From Candidatus Rokuibacteriota bacterium (GTDB lineage Bacteria; Methylomirabilota; Methylomirabilia; Rokubacteriales; CSP1-6), in NCBI GenBank assembly GCA_003220335.1, contig QHSB01000233.1, forward strand, positions 5,397 to 69,396: a stretch of DNA of 64,000 nucleotides, written 5' to 3'. Below the pieces are notes generated by a model, which did not search any database, was not told the origin of the DNA, and saw only the letters and a list, made by a program, of their open reading frames with translations. Below, one piece after another: positions 8,579-22,229 of this stretch (position 1 is its first letter; the number at the start of each line of letters is the position of its first letter). The translations under genes were made by a program, and so were the position numbers.

Positions 8579-8628
8579 GCGCGGCCCGCCGCCCGCCACC
8601 GCGCCCTCGGCGTCCTCGTCGTCGCCCA

Positions 8629-8664
8629 CGCGATCCAGGAGATCGCTGGCGATCACGGATCGCG
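8629..8664. promoter_or_regulatory. 36-bp nested palindrome carrying four GATC sites, next to a TATATT box upstream of asnB
   Basis: CGCGATCC-agga-GATCGC-tg-GCGATC-ac-GGATCGCG. TATATT lies at 8667..8672, 9 nt before the ATG at 8682. Confidence 0.4.
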
Positions 8665-8681
8665 CGTATATTCTGTGGGTC

Positions 8682-10586
8682 ATGTGCGGGATAACCGGGT
8701 TCTTCGTCAATGGACCACGCGCCGGGTGCAGCGAGGTCCTCCGGCGAATGACGGCCTCGCTGCGACATCGCGGTCCCGACGACGAAGGCGCCTACATCGA
8801 CAGCCACATGGCGCTCGGCGTGCGCAGGCTGAGCGTGATCGATCTCGAGACGGGCCGCCAGCCGATCTCCAACGAAGACCACACGGTGCATGTGGTGCTC
8901 AACGGGGAGATCTACAATTTCACCGAGCTGCGCAAGCGCCTCGAGGGTCGAGGTCACACGTTTCGGACGCACTCGGATGCCGAGGTCATCGTCCACGCCT
9001 ACGAGGAGGCAGGCGACGCCGTCGTCACCGAATTGGACGGGATGTTCGCGTTCGCGCTGTGGGATGCACCCCGGCGCCGTCTGCTCCTCGCACGCGATCG
9101 GATGGGCGAAAAGCCGCTCTACTATCACGCCGGGCCGGCCGCGTTCGTCTTCGGCTCGGAGCTGCGCGCACTCCTCGAGTGCCCCGACGTGCCCCGAGCG
9201 CTCAGCCTCGAGAGCCTCTCCCGCTATCTGCTGTTCGAGTGCATCCCGGCGCCGCACTCGATGCTGGCCGACGTCGCGAAAGTCCCGCCGGGGCACTTCT
9301 TGACGGTGTCCCCTGGGGGCAAGCCCCGGCTCGAGCGGTACTGGACGGCCCGCTTTGCGCCCGACCACTCGCTGACGGAATCGGACTGGGTCGAGAGGCT
9401 CCGGGCGCAACTCGACGCCTCGGTCCAGAGCCGACTCGTGAGCGACGTGCCGCTCGGCGCGTTTCTGAGCGGCGGGATCGACTCGGGGACGGTGGTCGCC
9501 CTCGCCGCCGCCGCGAGCTCGCCGCGGCCGTTTCGGACGTTCAGCGTCGGCTTCGAGGCGCCCGGTTACGACGAGCGTCCGTTTGCCAACCGCGTCGCGG
9601 AGCACTGCGGCACGGTCCACGAGGCGATCCTCTTCTCGGTCCGTGATGCGCTCGCACTGATGGATCAGGTGGGCGGGTTGCTCGACGAACCGCTGGTGGA
9701 CGCCTCCTTCCTGCCGCGCTACGCGCTGGCGCGAACGGTCCGGCGCAGCGTCACCGTCGCGTTGAGCGGCGACGGCGGCGACGAGCTCTTCTGCGGCTAT
9801 CCGACGTTCCTCGCCGATCGACCGGCCCGGTGGCTGCAGCGATGGCTGCCCTCGGCCGGGCTCCGCGGTCTGGGCGCTCTGGTCAATGGGCTGCCGAGCT
9901 CTTCGCACTACGGCAGCGTCGATTTTCTGCTGAAGCAATTCGTCCGCGCCCTGCCGTACGCACCGGCGGTGCGCACCCAGCTCCTGCTCGGCGGGCTGGT
10001 GCCGGCCGATCAGGCGGACCTGCTCACTCCGGCCGCTCGGCAGGCGCTCGCGCCATTCGATGCCTACGAGGAGCTCGCGGGTACGATCGAGCAGACGGGG
10101 CTCAGGGACCCGATGGAGCGCCTCATCTACCAGCATGCGCGCTTCTATCTCGGGGATCAGACGCTCGTCGCCGCCGATCGGGCGACGATGGCGGCCGGCC
10201 TCGAGGTCCGGGCGCCGCTGCTCGACCACAGGCTCGTGGAGCTGGCGGGCCGCATGCCGACACGGTTGAAGCTGCGCGGGTGGACGACCAAGCACATCCT
10301 CAAGCGCGCCGCCGCGGGCCTGCTGCCGGCAACGACCATCACGCGCCGCAAGCAGGGCCTCGGCGTGCCCATCGCGAGCTGGCTGCGCGGTCCCCTCCGG
10401 CCGGTGCTCGACGAGCGCCTCGCGCCCGCGCGTCTCGCGTCGCGCGGGCTGTTCGAGCCGGCCACGGTCGCGCGGCTCATCACCGAGCATGTGGGCGGCC
10501 ATCGGAATCACCGCAAGATTCTCTGGGCGCTGCTGATGTTCGACGCCTGGTGCGACCACTATCTGCCGCACGCGCGCTGGGCCTGA
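8682..10586 (+). CDS. asnB: Asparagine synthase (glutamine-hydrolysing)
   Basis: 634 aa. N-terminal MCGI nucleophile and SGGIDS pyrophosphatase loop. Full-length AsnB architecture. Confidence 0.9.
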   Translation: MCGITGFFVNGPRAGCSEVLRRMTASLRHRGPDDEGAYIDSHMALGVRRLSVIDLETGRQPISNEDHTVHVVLNGEIYNFTELRKRLEGRGHTFRTHSDAEVIVHAYEEAGDAVVTELDGMFAFALWDAPRRRLLLARDRMGEKPLYYHAGPAAFVFGSELRALLECPDVPRALSLESLSRYLLFECIPAPHSMLADVAKVPPGHFLTVSPGGKPRLERYWTARFAPDHSLTESDWVERLRAQLDASVQSRLVSDVPLGAFLSGGIDSGTVVALAAAASSPRPFRTFSVGFEAPGYDERPFANRVAEHCGTVHEAILFSVRDALALMDQVGGLLDEPLVDASFLPRYALARTVRRSVTVALSGDGGDELFCGYPTFLADRPARWLQRWLPSAGLRGLGALVNGLPSSSHYGSVDFLLKQFVRALPYAPAVRTQLLLGGLVPADQADLLTPAARQALAPFDAYEELAGTIEQTGLRDPMERLIYQHARFYLGDQTLVAADRATMAAGLEVRAPLLDHRLVELAGRMPTRLKLRGWTTKHILKRAAAGLLPATTITRRKQGLGVPIASWLRGPLRPVLDERLAPARLASRGLFEPATVARLITEHVGGHRNHRKILWALLMFDAWCDHYLPHARWA

Positions 10587-10590
10587 AGCG

Positions 10591-13017
10591 GTGAGCGAGG
10601 CGCCGGTGCGCGCGCGGCCGTCCTTCTCGATCGTGCTCCCCGTGCACGACGAGGCGGACAGCCTGGCGGTGCTCTGGGAGGAATTGCTGGCGGTCCTCCC
10701 GCGGTTGGGCGCGACGGTCGAGGTCATCTTCGTCGACGACGGCTCGACGGACGCCAGCGCGGATATCCTCCGCGGCCTCGTCAAGCGCGACGCGCGGGTG
10801 CGCTTGCTGCGCTTCGAGCGGCAGACCGGCTTGACGGCGGCCTTCGTCGCGGGACTCCGTGCCGCGCGTGGCGAGATCCTGGCGACCATGGACAGCGACC
10901 TGCAGAACGATCCCGCCGATCTCGAGGTCCTGCTGCAGCACCTGGACGGCGCCGACGCCGCCGTCGGCGCGCGGCTGATTCGCCACGACTCGTGGCTCAA
11001 GCGCGTCTCCTCGGGCGTGGCGAATGCCATCCGCAATCGGGTCACGCACGAGGACGTCGTCGATAGCGCCTGCAGCCTGCGGGTCATGCGCCGCGCGTGT
11101 CTCGAGGCCTGGCCTCCCTACGAAGGCATGCATCGCTTCGTGCCGACGCTGTTGCGCCTCGCCGGGCATCCGGTTGTCGTGGTGCCGGTCCACCACCGCC
11201 CGCGCCGGTTCGGCCGGTCCAAGTTCACCGTCCGCAACCGCGCGTTCGCCGCCTTCCTCGACTTGCTGGCCGTCGCGTGGATGGGGCGGCGGCGCCTCCG
11301 CTACCACGTCGTCGAGGACGTCGGCGGCGTCGGTGTCGAGCCTCGCGAGCCTGCACCGGATCGCGAGCCGGTGGTGACGGCCCCCCGCGCGGCCTCGGGC
11401 TGGCCCGGCGTCGCGGTCTCGTTGCTCTTGCCGCTGCTGCTGGCCGCCGCGCTGTTCCTGCCGGCGATCGGTCAGCGATCGATCTACCATCCCGACGAGG
11501 CCCGGTACGCCGTCCTGGCCAAGACGATGCTGGAAACCGGCCAGTGGCTCGTGCCCCAGATCGCCGACGAGGTGCACCTCGAAAAACCGCCGCTCTTCGT
11601 CTGGGCGATCGCGCTCGTCTCGCTCCTGACCGGAAGCGTCAACACGTTCAGTGCGACGCTGCCGGCGGCGCTCAGCGCGATGGCCGGGGTGCTGGGCACG
11701 GCCCTGCTGGGCCGCCGGCTCTTCGGTGCCCGCACCGGCCTGATGGCCGGCGTGGTGCTGGCGACGACGCCGGGTTATTTCTGGCACGCGCGCCTCGCCC
11801 TCGCGGACATGATGGTGGCCGCCTTCATCGTCTGGAGCGCCTGGGCCTTCTGGCGCGCCCTCGACGATCCCGCGCGACAGCGTGGCTGGATCGCGCTCTT
11901 CTACGTCTTTCTGGGGTTAGCGGTCTCCGCGAAAGGGCCGGCGGGTTTGATGCCGCTGGTGACGTGTGGCGCCTTCGTGCTCGCCGATCAGGGGGTGCGG
12001 GGCCTGCGCATGCTCCGACCCGTGATGGGAGTCGCGATTCTTGTCGTCATGTGGGCTCCGTGGGGGTTCGCCTTCGCCGCGCAGGGGGGAGGCACGTTCG
12101 TGCAGCGCGTGGTCATCGAGGACTATGCGCTGCATCTGGCCCGTTGGGAGCGCTTCTCGGAGGTCTTCTTCGCGCTCGGCCCGCTCGGAGTCGCGGCGCT
12201 TCCATGGAGTCTCTTCGTCCCGATCGCGGCGCTGAGCGGCCTGCGATCGGCCGACGAGCCGACGCGGCGGAAGTTCCGGTTCCTCGGCGCCTGGGTCCTC
12301 GCGTACGTCGTCGTCATGACCCTGATGGCGCACAAGCGGGACCGTTATCTTCTCCCCGCGTATCCGGCGCTTGCGCTCATGGTCGGATGGCTGTGGAGTC
12401 GGTGGGGACCGGCGACGCTGACCGCCGCGCTCCGGCGCCATGGCGGGCTGGTCGTCGCGTTCGCCGCGGTCGCGGCGACCGTGATCCTGCTCCCGGTGCG
12501 CCAGCGAGGAGAGTTCGCGGTGTGGATCCCGGCCACGCTCGGGCGCGCGCTGCCGGTCGTCGCCGTGCTCCTCGTCGCGGGTGCCCTCGGGTACCTCGCA
12601 TGCCGTGCCGTCCGCCCGCGGGCAGCCTTTACCGTGCTGGCGACGGCGATGACGCTGGTCCTCGCGTACGAGACACGCATCTTCGTGCGGCAGTACAACA
12701 TGACCTACGACGTCAGGGGATTCACGGAGCGACTGGCGCAGCGGGTCAACGCCACCGACGCGCTCCTGGCCTTCCGGCACGGCCGGCTCGTCTACGACTT
12801 CTACCTGGGGCGCCCGATTCCGCAGATCCGGGACACGCGCGAGTTACAACCGCTCCTGGACACGCCGCACCCTCTCTACGTTCTGACCGACGAGCGGGGT
12901 TGGCGGACCCTGACGACGGGTTCGGCCGGCACGTGGTCGGTGGTCGACCGGACCGAGATCGCCGGGCGTGCGGTGATGCTGCTGCGGCACGCGCCGGGAC
13001 GGCCGGATGGTCAATAG
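10591..13017 (+). CDS. Fusion protein: GT2 polyprenyl-phosphate glycosyltransferase joined to an ArnT/PMT-like (GT39/GT83) membrane glycosyltransferase
   Basis: 808 aa with a GTG start. The N-terminus has SIVLPVHDE...FVDDGSTD...MDSDLQNDP (GT2). From about residue 270 it has many TM spans with YHPDEARYA...EKPPLF, typical of ArnT-like enzymes. Confidence 0.8.
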   Translation: MSEAPVRARPSFSIVLPVHDEADSLAVLWEELLAVLPRLGATVEVIFVDDGSTDASADILRGLVKRDARVRLLRFERQTGLTAAFVAGLRAARGEILATMDSDLQNDPADLEVLLQHLDGADAAVGARLIRHDSWLKRVSSGVANAIRNRVTHEDVVDSACSLRVMRRACLEAWPPYEGMHRFVPTLLRLAGHPVVVVPVHHRPRRFGRSKFTVRNRAFAAFLDLLAVAWMGRRRLRYHVVEDVGGVGVEPREPAPDREPVVTAPRAASGWPGVAVSLLLPLLLAAALFLPAIGQRSIYHPDEARYAVLAKTMLETGQWLVPQIADEVHLEKPPLFVWAIALVSLLTGSVNTFSATLPAALSAMAGVLGTALLGRRLFGARTGLMAGVVLATTPGYFWHARLALADMMVAAFIVWSAWAFWRALDDPARQRGWIALFYVFLGLAVSAKGPAGLMPLVTCGAFVLADQGVRGLRMLRPVMGVAILVVMWAPWGFAFAAQGGGTFVQRVVIEDYALHLARWERFSEVFFALGPLGVAALPWSLFVPIAALSGLRSADEPTRRKFRFLGAWVLAYVVVMTLMAHKRDRYLLPAYPALALMVGWLWSRWGPATLTAALRRHGGLVVAFAAVAATVILLPVRQRGEFAVWIPATLGRALPVVAVLLVAGALGYLACRAVRPRAAFTVLATAMTLVLAYETRIFVRQYNMTYDVRGFTERLAQRVNATDALLAFRHGRLVYDFYLGRPIPQIRDTRELQPLLDTPHPLYVLTDERGWRTLTTGSAGTWSVVDRTEIAGRAVMLLRHAPGRPDGQ

Positions 13018-13111
13018 AAGCGCGGGCTCGAGTGAGCCATTGGACCTTGGTCCACTATCGCCACAGATGGAGGCGGGGTTCCATAGGACCGTGCGCGCAA
13101 AGGAGACTCCT

Positions 13112-13504
13112 ATGGCCGAATACACAGGGCTCACCCGGATGGATGTCATCAAGCGGACGACGGGCCCCGAGACGACGAACGGAAGTCAGTGGGAAGTGCA
13201 GCTCAGCGTCGCGCCACCGCCCGAGTGGCTGGAGTTCTTCAAGCAATCAGGCGAGGCGTCCGCCTCCGCCACGTCGCCACGGCCGCAGCGCGTGGTCTTC
13301 GACCGTGCCTCCGTCGTGTTCAAGAGCGACGAGGATCATGTCGAACAGTGGATCGAGGCGATCGACAAATGGATCGCATCGGCGGAAGCCCGATACGTCA
13401 TGAGCCTCGACGAGGCGAGCCGCAAGCGGTCCCTGCGCCTGGATGACGAGGCGAGGCAGCGCTCACGCATCCAGCAGCTGAACGACCGGTTCAAGAACCT
13501 CTGA
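13112..13504 (+). CDS. Hypothetical protein
   Basis: AAGGAGA lies 6 nt before the ATG at 13112. 130 aa, with a coiled-coil-like C-terminus. No recognisable domain. Confidence 0.55.
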   Translation: MAEYTGLTRMDVIKRTTGPETTNGSQWEVQLSVAPPPEWLEFFKQSGEASASATSPRPQRVVFDRASVVFKSDEDHVEQWIEAIDKWIASAEARYVMSLDEASRKRSLRLDDEARQRSRIQQLNDRFKNL

Positions 13505-13515
13505 GCCGCCAGGTA

Positions 13516-13540
13516 CCGAGCTCGCCGCCGGCGAGCTCGG
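13516..13540. terminator. Hairpin between convergent genes (candidate bidirectional terminator)
   Basis: CCGAGCTCGCCG-CC-GGCGAGCTCGG, an 11-12 bp GC-rich stem. No clear U-tract. Confidence 0.45.
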
Positions 13541-13555
13541 TCCTGATGACTCCGG

Positions 13556-16604
<3,049 letters not shown>

Positions 16605-16862
16605 ATGCCGTTCCTCATCATCCTGAGCGCCGTTCTTCTGGTCGTCGTGGTCTTCGCCCTTCAGAACAGCCAGGCGGTGACCGTTCGATTCCTGTACTGG
16701 CAGGTCCAGTCCTCGCTGGCCATCGTCATCATCGCCGCCACCGCGGCCGGCGTGCTGATCGCCGGACTGTTCGGGTCGGCGAGTCGTCTGTGGCGCTGGA
16801 AGCGCGGGCGGGCTGCGAAGGCCGAGGCGCGCTCCGGCCCACCCGGTCGGGACGGCGCTTGA
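16605..16862 (+). CDS. LapA/DUF1049-like small membrane protein
   Basis: 85 aa. FALQNSQAVTVRFLYWQ lies between two TM helices. The ATG directly abuts the preceding TGA. Confidence 0.65.
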   Translation: MPFLIILSAVLLVVVVFALQNSQAVTVRFLYWQVQSSLAIVIIAATAAGVLIAGLFGSASRLWRWKRGRAAKAEARSGPPGRDGA

Positions 16863-16974
16863 CGAATAGACGACGGTCCAATTGGTACTTGGGACGCCGG
16901 CCACACTTGCGGGCGGCGGAGCACCATCCGGTGAGCCGTGAACGACGCAGGCACGCTGCCATCAGGAGCGTCCG

Positions 16975-17796
16975 ATGATCCCGGCCGGCACCGTTCGTCG
17001 CGTCCCTGACCGCCCCGGGCCGTCGCCGGTCCACGTCATCGTGCCGCGGGTCTCGCCTCCGGCCCGTCGCTCTGGCGCCTGGATGGGTATGCTGGCCGGC
17101 TTTGCCGCCGGTGGGCTGATCGCCGGTTCGCTCTTCGGCGGTTTCGGCCACGCCCTGGGCGACGGGGACGTCGGCCTCGGCCTTCTCGACCTGTTGATCG
17201 CTGGCGGTGGCATCGTCGTGCTGGTGATGTTTGTTCGCCGTCTGCACGCCGCGCGCGCGCAGCCGACCCGCGCGGCGGCGAGGATTTCGAGCCGCGTCGA
17301 TGCACCCTCCGACCAAACCACGCCCGCGGACCATCCGGGCGGAGACTCGAGCTTCGATCGGGGAGTCCGGGACATCCGCCGAACGGACCCCGGGTTCGAT
17401 CCGGCCCGATTCGTCGGCTATGCGGCGATGATGTTCCGTGACGCGCAGGGCGCGTGGATGACTCGGGACATCGTTTCCCTCCGTGCTCGCGTGACGCCGG
17501 AGATGTATGGCGAGCTGCAGGCGCAGTGCGACAGGTTGCGCGCCACCGGACACACGAACCGCGTCGAACGGATCGAGATCACGGCCGAGATCACGGAGGC
17601 GTGGCAGGACAGCGATCGTGACTACGTGACGGCGTCCATTGGGGGGTCGATCATCGATTACACCGTTGACCAGGTGAATGACAGCCTGGTGCACGGCTCG
17701 AGAACGATCGCCAGGAACGTCGAAGAATTCTGGACGTTCACGCGCCCAGCCGGCCTCAATTTCTGGATGCTGTCAGCCATCCAGAGCGGAAGATGA
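16975..17796 (+). CDS. Tim44-like domain membrane protein
   Basis: AGGAG lies 6 nt upstream. A Gly-rich TM region precedes FDPARFVGYAAMMFRDAQGAW...EIT..WQD...YVT, which resembles the Tim44-like C-terminal fold. Confidence 0.65.
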   Translation: MIPAGTVRRVPDRPGPSPVHVIVPRVSPPARRSGAWMGMLAGFAAGGLIAGSLFGGFGHALGDGDVGLGLLDLLIAGGGIVVLVMFVRRLHAARAQPTRAAARISSRVDAPSDQTTPADHPGGDSSFDRGVRDIRRTDPGFDPARFVGYAAMMFRDAQGAWMTRDIVSLRARVTPEMYGELQAQCDRLRATGHTNRVERIEITAEITEAWQDSDRDYVTASIGGSIIDYTVDQVNDSLVHGSRTIARNVEEFWTFTRPAGLNFWMLSAIQSGR

Positions 17797-18114
17797 CGCC
17801 GCACGAGCGCGGTTCGTGCATCCCCGACCCAGTTCTGCGGCGCCAATAGGCATCCCCCTCGGCGACGACTAGATTCATCACGTGGGAGGGTCCCACGTCG
17901 CTCGGCAGGTGCACGACAAATCCTCCCGCGACGAGACCGGTGCCCGTCGAAGCCAGGGGCCGGGCCGATCACTGTCGAATCACGAGTGGGCGCGACGACG
18001 AAAGTGTTGTTGCCTTTCCGCGCAGGATTCCCATATGCTCATGAAATCAGCGAACTATCGTTCTCGGCGACATCCGCCGACGACCGCCGAAGCACACAGG
18101 GATCCAGACAGAGC

Positions 18115-20117
<2,003 letters not shown>

Positions 20118-20136
<19 letters not shown>

Positions 20137-21704
20137 CCACCGCGCGGATCCTGATCGTCGACGATCAGCCGAGCAACGTCCGTCTGCTCGAGCGGGTGCT
20201 CGTGACCGCCGGGTATCAGGACCTGATGAGCACGCTGGACCCGCGCGAGGTCCTCGAGCGGTACCGTACGTTCCAGCCCGACCTGATCCTGCTCGATCTG
20301 CTCATGCCGTACCTCGACGGCGTGGCCGTCCTCGAGCAGCTGGCGACCGAGCTCCCCGCGGGCGCCTTCGTGCCGGTGATCGTCCTCACCGCGGACGTGA
20401 CGTCCGACGCCAGAAGTCGCGCCCTCACCGCGGGCGCCCACGACTTCCTCACCAAGCCCTTCGAGCAGCTGGAGGTCGTGCTGCGCATCCGAAATCTCCT
20501 CAATACACGCCGCCTGTACCTGACGCTCGAGCGCCAGAACCGCTCGCTCGACGAGACGGTGCGGGAGCGGACGGAGCGGCTGCTGCAGAGCGAGAAGGTG
20601 GCGACCATGGGCTCGCTGCTGGCCGGCGTCGCCCACGAGCTGAACAACCCGCTGGCCGTGCTCTCGGGACAGGCGCAGCTGCTGCGCGAGACCGTGACCG
20701 AGGCCGCGCTCATCCGGCGCGCGGGAAAGATCGGCGACGCGGCCGAGCGGTGTGTTCGGATCGTCCGCAACTTCCTGGCGCTCGCGCGCCAGCGCCCGCC
20801 GGAGCGAACGGAGGTGGCGATCCCCCAGGTCGTCCAGAGCGCCGTCGGGCTGCTCGCCTACGAGCTTCGGACGGAGGGGATCGAGGTCGCGCTCGAGGTC
20901 GCGGCCGGACTGCCGGCCCTCTCGGCCGATCCGCACCAGCTGCATCAAGTGCTCGTCAACCTCATCGCGAACGCCCAGCAGGCGATGCGCCGGAGCCCCC
21001 AGCCGCGTCGCCTCGCCATCAGCGCGTCCCACGATGCCGCCCGAGGCCTGCTCTGTCTGACCGTGGCCGACACGGGCCCGGGTATCCCGGCGGAGATCCG
21101 CGCCCGCGTCTTCGAGGCGTTCTTCACGACCAAGCCTCCGGGCGAGGGCACGGGGCTGGGGCTGTCGCTGTGCCGGAGCATCATCGAGGAGCACGGCGGG
21201 ACGATCGACGTCGACAGCGAGCCGGGCCGGGGCACGCGCTTCACGATCGAGCTGCCGGTCGCAGTGCAGCCTGTCGCGCACGCCGGCGCCGCCTCGGCCG
21301 CGCCGCCGCCGCCGATCGGTCCGAAGACGATGCTCGTCGTTGACGACGAGCCGGAGATCGCCGCGGTCATCGCCGAGGCGCTGGAGCGCGACGGACACAA
21401 GGCCGACGTCGCGACGAACGGCGCCCTCGCCCTGACGATGCTCGGCATGCGCTCGTACGATCTCGTGCTCTCCGACACGAAGATGCCCGTGATGGACGGC
21501 GAGGCGTTCTTCGCCGAGCTCGTGCGACGTGACCCGACGTTCCGACGGCGGGTGATCTTCCTGACGGGCGACGTGCTGAGTCGCGAGAAGCGCGAGTTCC
21601 TGGAAGGCACCGGCGCGCCGTTCCTGACGAAGCCCTGCGATCTGGGCGACGTCCGGCGTCTCGTGCAACAGGTCGTCGCGCAGAACGCCGGCCCGAGTCC
21701 CTAG
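20118..21704 (+). CDS. REC-HisKA-HATPase_c-REC hybrid kinase/response regulator
   Basis: 528 aa. N-terminal RILIVDDQP...[11 protein letters not shown]; AHELNNPL H-box; GTGLGLS G2 box; C-terminal REC. Overlaps the upstream gene by 19 nt. Confidence 0.85.
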
Positions 21705-22045
21705 GACGCCTCCTCGGTCGAGCGAGCGAACTCGGCGTCGAGCGTTCGCTTCACCATGGAGAGTCGGACCGCGATGAGGGCGACGGAGGCGTCGAAGCCC
21801 ACCGGTTCGATGAGTCGCAGCGTGTCGGAGGCGAGAAATTGCTCCTTCGCCATCTGAAGCAGGGCGTTGAAGTTCAACGCCAACCCGCCGGGGCCGATCA
21901 CGCGCGTGTGCGGTGGACGAACGAGCGTGACGGCGTCGAGCATTCGCTGGATCGCGCGAGCGACCTCGACCTTCGTCGGCACCGCCTGGCGTACGCGCTG
22001 CGGGAATGAATCGGAGGAAATGCTGAGGTCCGAGACGGTCCACAT
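21701..22045 (-). CDS. Hypothetical 114-aa protein preceded by a c-di-GMP-I riboswitch
   Basis: GGAGG lies 8 nt before the ATG at 22045. It is the only substantial ORF downstream of the riboswitch. No signal peptide, TM helix or recognisable domain. Confidence 0.65.
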   Translation of the reverse strand: MWTVSDLSISSDSFPQRVRQAVPTKVEVARAIQRMLDAVTLVRPPHTRVIGPGGLALNFNALLQMAKEQFLASDTLRLIEPVGFDASVALIAVRLSMVKRTLDAEFARSTEEAS

Positions 22046-22104
22046 GACAGTCCCCTCCTAAGAGTGGTGACTCTCTCCGGGAGGTGGACTCGAGTCCGGC
22101 CTCT

Positions 22105-22195
22105 CCTTCTTCGGTAACCCGGCTACCTGGGAATCATTCCCAGGCCCGTGGCTTTGCGTCCCAGCCTCACGACTGGTTTGCCTTTATCGGAAAGA
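22105..22195 (-). promoter_or_regulatory. GEMM-I (cyclic-di-GMP-I) riboswitch aptamer
   Basis: The minus-strand RNA is GGCAAACC-AGUC-GUGA-GGCU-GGGACGCAAAGCC-ACGGGCCUGGGAAUGAUUCCCAGGUAGCC-GGGUUACC. It matches the conserved blocks of the V. cholerae Vc2 aptamer, including a GNRA-capped P1b hairpin. Confidence 0.85.
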
Positions 22196-22214
22196 GCGTC
22201 GGTCAGCTAGTAGG

Positions 22215-22229
22215 GCAATCGAGGTGCCA
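22215..22229 (-). promoter_or_regulatory. Sigma-54 (-24/-12) promoter
   Basis: The minus strand reads TGGCAC-CTCGA-TTGC, a perfect match to TGGCAC-N5-TTGC. It is correctly oriented, and its -12 element ends 32 nt upstream of the riboswitch core. Confidence 0.75.

Noticed and set aside
8505-13403. Very long alternative ORFs: 8505..11087 (-), 8675..9646 (+), 10480..11787 (-), 11097..13403 (+), 11917..12780 (-).
   Set aside because: All overlap asnB and the GT2::ArnT fusion, which have clear family motifs. The alternatives translate to R/A/G/P-rich strings with no motifs.
17385-17410. A tRNA T-arm-like string, CCGGGTTCGATCCGG.
   Set aside because: It lies inside a well-behaved coding frame (…RRTDPGFDPARFVGY… of the Tim44-like protein). 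No acceptor, D or anticodon arms could be built around it.
17880-17898. The hairpin ACGTGGGA-GGG-TCCCACGT downstream of the Tim44-like gene, as a terminator or riboswitch part.
   Set aside because: It has an 8-bp stem but only a 3-nt loop, and no U-tract. I could find no recognisable riboswitch consensus in the 320-nt leader of the kinase gene. I leave it as an unexplained palindrome containing CACGTG.
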